Positions 56,008 to 64,000 of a stretch of 64,000 bases of DNA are shown here, one piece after another. Position 1 is the first letter of the stretch; the number at the start of each line of letters is the position of its first letter. Origin of the DNA: an uncultured virus (IMG/VR IMGVR_UViG_2061766007_002077) (taxonomy: Duplodnaviria > Heunggongvirae > Uroviricota > Caudoviricetes); IMG/VR virus record IMGVR_UViG_2061766007_002077; one strand, 5' to 3'. The notes beneath the pieces are model-generated. The model did not search any database and was not told the origin of the DNA. It worked only from the letters and a program-made list of their open reading frames with translations. The translations under genes and the position numbers were made by a program.

Positions 56008-56614
56008 GAGAGTGGATTACAGACATATCTGCAGGGATGAGAAGAACAATCCCAAGGTGGTGGGAGCTGTGATGGCAGAGGCCGTCAAGGTGTTCATGCA
56101 GAAAACAAGAGGGATAAACGGAGCAGAGTTTCGTTATAATGAAGGGCACCCTGTCACTCTAAATGACCTTGCTGAGATAGGGACATATTTCGAGAAGNNN
56201 NNNNNNNNNNNNNNNNNNNNNNNNNNNNNNNNNNNNNNNNNNNNNNNNNNNNNNNNNNNNNNNNNNNNNNNNNNNNNNNNNNNNNNNNNNNNNNNNNNNN
56301 NNNNNNNNNNNNNNNNNNNNNNNNNNNNNNNNAGAAGCAGAAGAATCATGTACAGGCTTTACGGATTAGCTGAAGTAGTCTATTGGGACTCTTGGAACAG
56401 AAACTGGAAGAAAGACAGGTCAGAGATAGAGAAGTTGAGCATAGTTGTCAATGAAGAGCCTGAGGATAATTATGGTGATGAATGGACTATGTTTGAGAAA
56501 GACTATAAAATCATAAGGGAAGTTATGGAAGTCTATGATGATAATACGGATTGGGCCACCATTAAAATTTCAGAAGATAATCCCTTTGTCAGCATTGTGG
56601 AGGTTGAGGAATGA
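55997..56614 (+). CDS. Hypothetical protein(s); the N-run may hide a gene boundary
   Basis: ORF with a 135-nt mask. Confidence 0.45.
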   Translation: MSVERVDYRHICRDEKNNPKVVGAVMAEAVKVFMQKTRGINGAEFRYNEGHPVTLNDLAEIGTYFEKXXXXXXXXXXXXXXXXXXXXXXXXXXXXXXXXXXXXXXXXXXXXXRSRRIMYRLYGLAEVVYWDSWNRNWKKDRSEIEKLSIVVNEEPEDNYGDEWTMFEKDYKIIREVMEVYDDNTDWATIKISEDNPFVSIVEVEE

Positions 56615-56946
56615 AGATAAGAAACGGATTTGTGAGCAATAGCTCAAGTTCAAGTTATATCATCTATGGATTCCCCTCAGAGATGCTTGAGGATGAGTCC
56701 TGTGAGAAATGGGATGAGGCCAAGAGTGACCGTAACAGGGATTATNNNNNNNNNNNNNNNNNNGAGGATGAGATAATAGGGGAGTCTCTTTCCTATTGGA
56801 GCGATGGAGCAGAGAATATCAGCCTTGATGTCAGTCCTGAGAATCTCTGGAGATGCAGGGAGAAGGTAAAGAAGATTATCAAGGATTCACTGGGATTTGA
56901 TGTACCTGATGAATGGTTCAGACTTATGGGCGCCACATGGTATTGA
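56611..56946 (+). CDS. GFVSNSSS-leader family protein 5
   Basis: Starts MKIRNGFVSNSSSSSY. Confidence 0.75.
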   Translation: MKIRNGFVSNSSSSSYIIYGFPSEMLEDESCEKWDEAKSDRNRDYXXXXXXEDEIIGESLSYWSDGAENISLDVSPENLWRCREKVKKIIKDSLGFDVPDEWFRLMGATWY

Positions 56947-56952
56947 GGGCTT

Positions 56953-57258
56953 ATGGATACGAATGAGTATGTGAAGACCTTCCACATAGACGGAAAAGAC
57001 ATAAGGCTTGGTCTCAATGATTATGGTCAGTGCTATTTCGTGGAATGGGAAGATGATGAGGGTAAGATACAGGATGTAGGTCTTGGAGCATATAATTTCG
57101 ATTATATGGAAGAGGTCTATTATATGTTTGACCCTGTTTATAAGGAACTTATGAGAAAATCTTTCAGAGGCGAATTGACCGATGAAGAGGAATCCAAGTT
57201 TGAAGAATATCAGAAGATGTTCGCAAAGGAATATGGAACATACTATGGGGAGGAGTGA
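56953..57258 (+). CDS. Acidic hypothetical protein
   Basis: GAGGG RBS. Confidence 0.6.
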   Translation: MDTNEYVKTFHIDGKDIRLGLNDYGQCYFVEWEDDEGKIQDVGLGAYNFDYMEEVYYMFDPVYKELMRKSFRGELTDEEESKFEEYQKMFAKEYGTYYGEE

Positions 57259-57260
57259 TT

Positions 57261-57623
57261 ATGGATATCAAAGAGCTTATTGAGGAACTGAACAGCTGGA
57301 ACGCACCTTATGCTGACATCACAGTATGCGGTCTGGGTATCGAGGGAATAGAGAATATCGGTGCAAATACTTTCTCTATTGTTCCTGAGACAGATTATAC
57401 TATTGATGATAAGATAGAGGAACTTGAGAGAGATATTAATGACAAGGACTCAGAGATAAATGACCTTGAGGATAAGGTCAGTGATTATGAGGATTTTGTT
57501 GAGGATTTGAAGGCTGATATGCAAGCGGCAATCAGTATCCTTGAGGATTTGGAAGATGCAGACCCAAGGATTCTCAAGATAATTGATAAGTTTGAGGATG
57601 ATATAGACAAAGAGATTTACTGA
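57261..57623 (+). CDS. Highly acidic coiled-coil protein
   Basis: GGAGGAG RBS; MDIKELIEEL start; D/E-rich heptads. Confidence 0.6.
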   Translation: MDIKELIEELNSWNAPYADITVCGLGIEGIENIGANTFSIVPETDYTIDDKIEELERDINDKDSEINDLEDKVSDYEDFVEDLKADMQAAISILEDLEDADPRILKIIDKFEDDIDKEIY

Positions 57624-57668
57624 TGAAAAAATTTGTGAACAGATTCATGGTGACAGAGAGGAAGATAA

Positions 57669-58172
57669 ATGACATATAAGACATTTGAACAGACAACTTG
57701 TGAACCTGTAACTTATCATTTTAAAGAAGAGGGTAAGTCAAGGCTTACTCCTTTCCAGGCCATGTATCTTGTGGAACTGTGGTGTTCCTTTCCAGAGAAG
57801 GAAGGATATCAGATAAATTCTGTCTACAGAATGAAGGTCTGTGATGTACTCAAGGAAGTTGAGTATAGGAAAAGTGACTGGTCCTTTGATGATTATGAGA
57901 AATGGATAACTGACAGATTCAGTAAGTTCACCAGAAAAGACTGGAGAAAATACTACAGAGACGTCAGGAAANNNNNNNNNNNNNNNNNNNNNNNNNNNNN
58001 NNNNNNNGGGGGTTATGACCTGATTGTTAATACAGATACCATAAACGGTGTTGAGAGAAATCCAAACAATAGAGAAGGTTCTGTTTGGATTTGGACAACA
58101 TGGTATGTCAATGGGCAGATGGTTGTGAATGAGAGCTTTGAGAGCTTCATGTCAAGGTTGGATTGTAAATGA
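57669..58172 (+). CDS. Hypothetical protein
   Basis: GAGGA RBS. Confidence 0.6.
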   Translation: MTYKTFEQTTCEPVTYHFKEEGKSRLTPFQAMYLVELWCSFPEKEGYQINSVYRMKVCDVLKEVEYRKSDWSFDDYEKWITDRFSKFTRKDWRKYYRDVRKXXXXXXXXXXXXGGYDLIVNTDTINGVERNPNNREGSVWIWTTWYVNGQMVVNESFESFMSRLDCK

Positions 58173-58675
58173 AGATAAGAAATGGTTTTGTATCAAACTC
58201 AAGTTCAAGTTCTTTTGCCCTTTTTTATAAGAAAGAGGATATACTTCTCAATGGGCATGATTTGGAGACTTGGTTAAAGAACAACAAGTTTGAGGACCAT
58301 GACCTCTGGACTATAATGAGAGGTGGCCCTGATGGAGATTTCTTCAGATGTGAGGTCAACAAGTCCATATTGAAGGTTCTCCTCAAGCACAAGACAGATT
58401 GGACGAAGTGGAGAGATTATGTGGATGATAGGAATCTCATGATTCTGATTGACCCAGTTTGGAAGGATGAAGAGGACTATGAATATGGTCTGTGTATCCG
58501 TGACCCCGAGTACAGAAAGGACTATGACAAATATGAGGGTGACGGATATGAGTGGTCAGAAGTGAGTGTAGACTACCATGGTCCAAAGACAGAAAGAGAC
58601 TGGAAGTATGAGTTCGGTGACATGACTTTTGAACAGTATTGGGGACATCCACAACCACAATGGGGGCATAAATGA
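58169..58675 (+). CDS. GFVSNSSS-leader family protein 6
   Basis: Starts MKIRNGFVSNSSSSSF. Confidence 0.75.
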   Translation: MKIRNGFVSNSSSSSFALFYKKEDILLNGHDLETWLKNNKFEDHDLWTIMRGGPDGDFFRCEVNKSILKVLLKHKTDWTKWRDYVDDRNLMILIDPVWKDEEDYEYGLCIRDPEYRKDYDKYEGDGYEWSEVSVDYHGPKTERDWKYEFGDMTFEQYWGHPQPQWGHK

Positions 58676-58951
58676 CATTTAAGGAATTTGTAGAAAGTAA
58701 GNNNNNNNNNNNNNNNNNNNNNNNNNNNNNNNNNNNNNNNNNNNNNNNNNNNNNNNNNNNNNNNNNNNNNNNNNNNNNCTAATATTTCAGAAGGAAAGAT
58801 ACCTCTTGTAGTAGAACAGGATGTTCCTAATAAGATAAATGAAAATCCAGATACAGTGGGTTGTGTAGAACTTTTGGTCTTTAATGCCCCTGAGGAACAA
58901 ATATCAGATTTGGATGAATTAGGATATGTATATATTTCAAGGAATTAAAAA

Positions 58952-59754
58952 ATGAAAATCAGAAATGGTTTTGTATCTAATTCAAGTTCAGCATCCTTTG
59001 TCCTTATAGGTAATACTGAGCCTACTAACAGCGCCCAATATGGAAGGACATTCACAAGGATTTCTACAGGAGCCAGCGGAAACTCCACTGCCCATCCTGA
59101 TTATGAGATACTTCATGTCCCTCATTATGAGGATGAGACCAACTTTTGCAGAAGTGATATCATGTGGGTGTCATCCATTGAGGGAAAGATATGGTATATC
59201 ATGGCTCTTTATGCAAGATGGTATGAGGGAGACCCTGATTACTTCAAGAAGGTCCTTGATGCTGAGAGTAAGATATTTAAGTTAGGCATTTCTCACTGGT
59301 ATTCCATCGGTATTCAGATTCCTCCACTTTTTGCCCGTTATGAGAGGGACTGGGATTCAGAGAATCATAAATTCCTTGATACCAAGCACATTGAGACCTA
59401 TGTGAATGTATATACTGAGTGTGATTACTCCAAGCAGATTGTGGATATGATTGAAGATGAGGATACCTCACTTCTTGACAGATTCATATTCAGCAATCAT
59501 AGTTTCTGTGTTCTTGGTGGTGACGAGTATGANNNNNNNNNNNNNNNNNNNNNNNNNNNNNNNNAAGGAAGGATAATCCGGATTTCTCCTATGTGATGTT
59601 CGCCGACTATGAGGACCATGACAAGGATGATGCCTGGGTTGATAGCCAAGGTGTTGAGCACAAGTGGGGATATGACAGTCATTGGGAAAAGGATTGCTTC
59701 ACCCATGAGAATTGGAATGATGATGAGGATTGGATAGAGGCGAAATATATATAA
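58952..59754 (+). CDS. GFVSNSSS-leader family protein 7
   Basis: AAGGA RBS; starts MKIRNGFVSNSSSASF; rejoined across the N-run to ...WIEAKYI*. Confidence 0.75.
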
Positions 59755-59810
59755 CCAAAAGATGTACGGGATTTAGGAAGATTGGTGAAAATATCTTAAA
59801 TAAATGTGAA

Positions 59811-59840
59811 AGGAGGCCATAAAGCCTCCTATTTTCTTTT
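59811..59840 (+). terminator. Rho-independent terminator
   Basis: AGGAGGC-CATAAA-GCCTCCT plus ATTTTCTTTT. Confidence 0.7.
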
Positions 59841-59966
59841 ATAATAGAATTATGGACAGAGAAGAGCTTGTTGATGATGAGATTGTTGTACCAGTTAAGG
59901 ATGATGATAAGTCCGATAAGGGTTTTGATTATCAGCCTTATGTGAATATGGTGTTGGAGGCTGATT

Positions 59967-60335
59967 ATGACTTATGATTTCAGCCAAATGAAAATGTGTG
60001 AGGTCCTCCCTGGATTCTGGTATGATGCTGATCTCAAAACAGACCCCACCATGTATTCACAGATTAAGCTGACAAAGGACAATTTCTTTGATGTGAATGG
60101 ATGGCAGATTATGGCCCGTTGTGATAAAGGAAACAGTGTCACCATTTTTCACGCTCATACCCTTGAGGAATGTAGGGATTATGTTAAGGAGACTTTTATA
60201 TGGGGAAGACCCTATAATTCTCTGAGAAAGGAACTTACAGAGGATTATGAGTTCCTTAAGAAAGATTGCCATTCAAGAAGTTGGGAGATTGCCCAGCATA
60301 TAGATTATATTTTGAATCATATAATCGGTGATTAA
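59967..60335 (+). CDS. Hypothetical protein
   Basis: GGAGG RBS. Confidence 0.6.
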   Translation: MTYDFSQMKMCEVLPGFWYDADLKTDPTMYSQIKLTKDNFFDVNGWQIMARCDKGNSVTIFHAHTLEECRDYVKETFIWGRPYNSLRKELTEDYEFLKKDCHSRSWEIAQHIDYILNHIIGD

Positions 60336-60468
60336 AGGTATGGAAAAATTCAGAAGGAATGGACGCATTTGGTATTGTTTACCATAAATCCATTTGTAAA
60401 AAATGCGNNNNNNNNNNNNNNNNNNNNNNNNNNNNNNNNNNNTGTAATTTCTTTCAGGTATTTAATAT

Positions 60469-60819
60469 ATGATAATATTGAACATAGAGCATCTTCCTAA
60501 GGGATGCTATGAATGTGAATGTGAACTGGACAGTCACTTTGAGAATGGAGTGATGCATTATGTGTGTCCTTTCATTGAAGGAGAAGTCCCAGACAGAGGA
60601 GTTTATGGAGAGGTCTTCAACAATGGCGGCAGGCATGAGAAATGTCCGATGATTGATGAGCTCACTGAGAAGGAATATGAGTTGTTCCTCCGTAGAAGGG
60701 AAGTGGACAGACACTTTGAATCAAGAAAGAAGTGGAGACAGGAACATGGTATTCCGGAGCCTAAGTCTGATTATTCAGACTTTGGTGTTCCAGTCTATTT
60801 AAGTGAGCACGATGACTAA
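60469..60819 (+). CDS. Cys-rich hypothetical protein
   Basis: LPKGCYEC...CPF...RHEKCPM pattern. Confidence 0.6.
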   Translation: MIILNIEHLPKGCYECECELDSHFENGVMHYVCPFIEGEVPDRGVYGEVFNNGGRHEKCPMIDELTEKEYELFLRRREVDRHFESRKKWRQEHGIPEPKSDYSDFGVPVYLSEHDD

Positions 60820-60854
60820 GGGGTGAATCCCCCTTTTATAATAAAGGAGAATGA

Positions 60855-61127
60855 ATGGTGGACTCTTATAATAATTTAACTTATAGTTTAAGTTCCTTAA
60901 TTACTTCATCAAAGATTCATGAGATACTGGATGAACATTGGAGTGAAGCCAACGAGAAGGTTCTTTCAACTGACCCTCTTGAAAGAGAAAAGGCTGCCAG
61001 AGACTTTGGAATCCAGGAATTTGATGGAATCTGTAAGAATTGTGAACATTGCTTTAAATGTAATATGAAAAAGAAACAGGTATCGGAATGTACATTCTTC
61101 CACGGAAGTTATGCGGTGTATTGCTGA
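60855..61127 (+). CDS. Hypothetical protein with C-terminal Cys cluster
   Basis: AAGGAG RBS; CKNCEHCFKC. Confidence 0.55.
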   Translation: MVDSYNNLTYSLSSLITSSKIHEILDEHWSEANEKVLSTDPLEREKAARDFGIQEFDGICKNCEHCFKCNMKKKQVSECTFFHGSYAVYC

Positions 61128-61391
61128 TAGTGAGGTATACTGATTATGGCAGATAATATGACTCACAGACAACTGGCTGAGTTGATGGCTNNNNNNNNNN
61201 NNNNNNNNNNNNNGTGTATATTCTTCTTATAAATATACACTTATAGATGCTGACAGACCATTGGGAAAGAATGATGAAGGTCAGGAGATTGTTGTAAGAG
61301 CATTTGGGGAGACAGATTGGCAATTTCCCACAAAGGAATTATACGGCAGGGCTCTTATGGCAAGAAGGGTCACGAATCTTATGGGGTTCTA

Positions 61392-61984
61392 ATTATNNNN
61401 NNNNNNNNNNNTGTAAGTATTGCTGGCCTATCGGAAAGGAAGGTGAACGTATTTATTGCACACCAAGAGAAAGGGAGTGTGGCGAGCATTTCGCAGGTTA
61501 TAGGGATAAGGAATGTGGTCTTGTCGAGGCTATTTCCATAGGTAATCTCAGAAAACTCCTTGAAGGACTTGATGATAGTATTTTAGTTGATGTATGGTTT
61601 CATAAAAGCTTGCTTTTCTTAGGGAAGGACGAGTTCTTTGGTACTGGTACTCTTGACGAGTTATACACTTGGAAGAGATATGAGGATTTTACGGAACAGG
61701 AGAAAAAGGAATTTCGTGAAATGTTCTTACAGAGAAATCCCATTAAGGAATCAAAGAAAGTGGAGATTAAGACTTTACCTAAGGCACATGCTGTCCTTGA
61801 TGGTGATGAGGATAAGCCCTTGACCCAAGAGGAGTTTGATGCTGACCCTGATTTACCCGCTTACCTTGACCCTAGATATAATCTGACGGAAGAGGAATCC
61901 CAGAAGTATCTTGACTCAATCCTGTCAAGAGAGGAGCAGGAGGACTTGCTCAGACAGTTCAGCGAATCAAGGAAGGAAAAATGA
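61392..61984 (+). CDS. Hypothetical protein (start uncertain, in or near N-run 61397-61411)
   Basis: Long open frame from CKYC to RKEK*. Confidence 0.5.
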
Positions 61985-62172
61985 CCCTTGAGGAAATAAT
62001 CAACAGACATTCCTATGTCATAATTGACAGCGAGAGATACCCTGGTAAAGAGGTTGTCTATGACATGGCTACCGGACATGAGTATGTGGTCAATATAGGA
62101 TTCACGGAGGCTTTTAAGAATTTGCTTGAATTGACGAAGGAGATTGAATCTGATGGTCAGATTGATAAATGA
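61981..62172 (+). CDS. Small hypothetical protein
   Basis: AAGGA RBS; overlaps its neighbours. Confidence 0.5.
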   Translation: MTLEEIINRHSYVIIDSERYPGKEVVYDMATGHEYVVNIGFTEAFKNLLELTKEIESDGQIDK

Positions 62173-62869
62173 TGATTTCAGGAACTTTGTCCCCACATTA
62201 GAGGATGAATCCGTTGATGCCATCATAACAGACCTTCCATATTGTATCTCCAAGGACAACAGCTTCTCCACAATGAAGAACAGACCCTTCAGACAAGGGA
62301 TAGACTTCGGTGAATGGGACAAGGACTTTGACATAGGAAGTCTAAAGATACTTGTTCCGAAGTTGAAGAAGGGTGGGACACTTCTTGTGTTCCATTCATT
62401 TGAGCAATACATGGATTTGCTGAATGTCCTTGATGGACTGGAACTCAAAGACAGGATTGTGTGGAGAAAGACCAATCCCATGCCGAGAAACAGAGACAGA
62501 AGGTATATCTGCAATATAGAGATAGCCTCCTGGTATGTGAAGCCCGGAGATAAATGGATTTTTAATAGGCAATCAGACNNNNNNNNNNNNNNNAGCTATC
62601 CCACAGAAAGCAATGACCAGAGGATTCATCCCACACAGAAGAACCTTAATCTCATGATGGATTTGGTCAAGAGACATACCGACAAGGGTGACCTTGTTCT
62701 TGACTGCTTCATGGGAAGTGGTGTGACCGGTGTAGCTTGTGTCACCAATGACAGAAGCTTCATAGGTGTGGAGAGGAACACGGAATATTTCGATAAGGCG
62801 GTCAAAAGGATAAGGAATGAGACCCCCATGTTCCTCAAAGGAAAGATAGAAGTGATTAAGCCCTCTTGA
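62153..62869 (+). CDS. DNA methyltransferase, N6A/N4C beta class
   Basis: IITDLPY (motif IV variant), W.K.NP, HPTQK and VLDCFMGSG.TG (motif I). Confidence 0.85.
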   Translation: MVRLINDDFRNFVPTLEDESVDAIITDLPYCISKDNSFSTMKNRPFRQGIDFGEWDKDFDIGSLKILVPKLKKGGTLLVFHSFEQYMDLLNVLDGLELKDRIVWRKTNPMPRNRDRRYICNIEIASWYVKPGDKWIFNRQSDXXXXXSYPTESNDQRIHPTQKNLNLMMDLVKRHTDKGDLVLDCFMGSGVTGVACVTNDRSFIGVERNTEYFDKAVKRIRNETPMFLKGKIEVIKPS

Positions 62870-62890
62870 AAAGAGGGTTATTTTTTTTTT
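62857..62890 (+). terminator. Rho-independent terminator
   Basis: AGCCCTCTT-GAA-AAGAGGGTT plus a T-run. Confidence 0.7.
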
Positions 62891-62895
62891 GCCTA

Positions 62896-62925
62896 TTGAC
62901 AAAAGATAAAATTATATCGTATAAT
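62896..62925 (+). promoter_or_regulatory. Sigma70-type early promoter
   Basis: TTGACA-N18-TATAAT followed by AAGGAG RBS. Confidence 0.65.
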
Positions 62926-62950
62926 AATATTGTAATAGAAGGAGAAAGAT

Positions 62951-63286
62951 ATGAGAAGAGCCCTANNNNNNNNNNNNNNNNNNNNNNNNNNNNNNNNNNN
63001 NNNNNNNNNNNNNNNNNNNNNNNNNNNNNNNNNNNNNNNNNNNNNNNNNNNNNNNNNNNNNNNNNNNNNNNNNNNNNNNNNNNNNNNNNNNNNNNNNNNN
63101 NNNNNNNNNACAGATGGACAGAGAACAAGACTGACCCGTGCACAGGCCTACAATAAGTATCCTCATTTGAAAGAGGATGTTGAATCTGAATTGAAGCAGT
63201 TTAAAAAGGAAGATTGTCGGTCTATAAAATTGTCTTATATGGATGGACTTCAAGTCTGGGCAGAGAAAAATGAGGGAGAAAGATAA
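62951..63286 (+). CDS. Hypothetical early protein (partly masked)
   Basis: Promoter, RBS and ATG at 62951. Confidence 0.5.
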   Translation: MRRALXXXXXXXXXXXXXXXXXXXXXXXXXXXXXXXXXXXXXXXXXXXXXXXXTDGQRTRLTRAQAYNKYPHLKEDVESELKQFKKEDCRSIKLSYMDGLQVWAEKNEGER

Positions 63287-63288
63287 GA

Positions 63289-63629
63289 ATGAGTGTAGTA
63301 ATCAAGACCATGATTGACCCGCCTCCTTNNNNNNNNNNNNNNNNNNNNNNNNNNNNNNNNNNNNNNNNNNTTGCTCAGTAGTAGACAGATATATTGCTGA
63401 CAATGTTGCACCTTATGATAAGAGAATGGAGTGGTGTCCCTTGAGTAAGCCCGCCGCCTTTTATGTGGATTCTCTTCCAGAATGCTGTGATAAGTGTGAT
63501 TATAAGAGCTTTTGTATCCCTTATGACACTCAGCTCAAGAAGATGCAGGAAAGTAAGAGTGAGCAGATATTCGATATATTCGGTGAAATGATATTGAATG
63601 ATTGTCCTCTTAAGGAAAGGGGGAAGTAA
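63289..63629 (+). CDS. Cys-rich hypothetical protein
   Basis: MSVVIKTMIDPPP..., rejoined across an N-run; WCPL and LPECCDKC...DCPL repeats. Confidence 0.45.
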
Positions 63630-63630
63630 T

Positions 63631-63828
63631 ATGACATTTGAGCAGGCTAACAGATGGGCAAATGCCAACAGCTATGGCAAGAATGATAAGGCAAAGGAAG
63701 CCTTCGGAATCAAGTATTATTCTCCGATATGTGAGTCTTGTGACCACAAGAAAATTTGTTTCTTTTATGATTCTCTGACAGAGCAGTGTAATTTCTATCA
63801 GAGTGGAATTGAGAAGGAAAATAAATGA
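63631..63828 (+). CDS. Small hypothetical protein with Cys cluster
   Basis: MTFEQANRWA...CESCDHKKIC. Confidence 0.5.
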   Translation: MTFEQANRWANANSYGKNDKAKEAFGIKYYSPICESCDHKKICFFYDSLTEQCNFYQSGIEKENK

Positions 63829-64000
63829 GTGAAGCGGAGTACATGGCTATTAGTGGGGAGTTTGATGACCCAATTTATATTTGGGATGATTTTGAACTTG
63901 TGAAGAACAGAACTTGGATGCAGAGANNNNNNNNNNNNNNNNNNNNNNNNNNNNNNNNNNNNNNCTCTACCGAAGACACGCAGAAACGGTTGATAGTTGG

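Noticed and set aside
49106..59000. GFVSNSSS repeats as a CRISPR array or DNA repeat
   Set aside because: Copies are irregularly spaced, in frame at gene starts, and diverged at synonymous sites
4195..62869. Apparent frameshifts or pseudogenes in many genes (gp47-like, sheath, gp6-like, nrdD, MTase, secreted proteins)
   Set aside because: Every frame change I checked coincides with an N-masked run, so these are masking artefacts rather than programmed frameshifts or decay
24792..62902. Minus-strand ORFs opposite plus-strand genes (e.g. 24792..25232, 39420..40052, 61861..62514)
   Set aside because: Shadow ORFs antisense to well-supported genes, without RBS or motifs

Overview
This window is part of a large, AT-rich, T4-like/jumbo myovirus genome using genetic code 11. 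Its class III ribonucleotide reductase (RNR) suggests an anaerobic host, possibly a spirochaete, though that assignment is weak. Many N-masked runs shift the reading frame, so several ORF-track fragments were rejoined by reading through the masks. Layout: 1-5.2 kb holds replication/recombination genes (HNH, DsbA-like, primase, FEN/RNase H-like nuclease, SbcD/gp47-like). 5.2-30 kb is a contractile-tail module (sheath, four tube-like paralogs, gp25-like and gp6-like baseplate, one ~2,600-aa giant protein, a beta-helix fibre/spike, an Ig+BspA-LRR protein and a holin-like protein). 30-34 kb holds GroES and nrdH-nrdD-nrdG. 34-64 kb is an early/accessory region with sigma70-type promoter cassettes, KTSC, two DNA methyltransferases, a Tad1-like anti-defence sponge, an orphan anti-sigma factor, nicotinamidase and a zeta-like kinase. 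Two systems stand out. (i) Seven otherwise unrelated acidic proteins share a near-invariant N-terminal peptide MK(I/F)R(N/K)GFVSNSSS(S/A)S(F/Y) that is conserved at the protein level. (ii) A six-gene operon of signal-peptide proteins with a pilin-like C-terminal GxYxSx(V/I)T strand looks like a phage-encoded fimbria lacking an usher. Also noted are a candidate structured ncRNA near 37.73-37.91 kb, a recurrent ACTAATT late-promoter-like motif and strong GATC avoidance.
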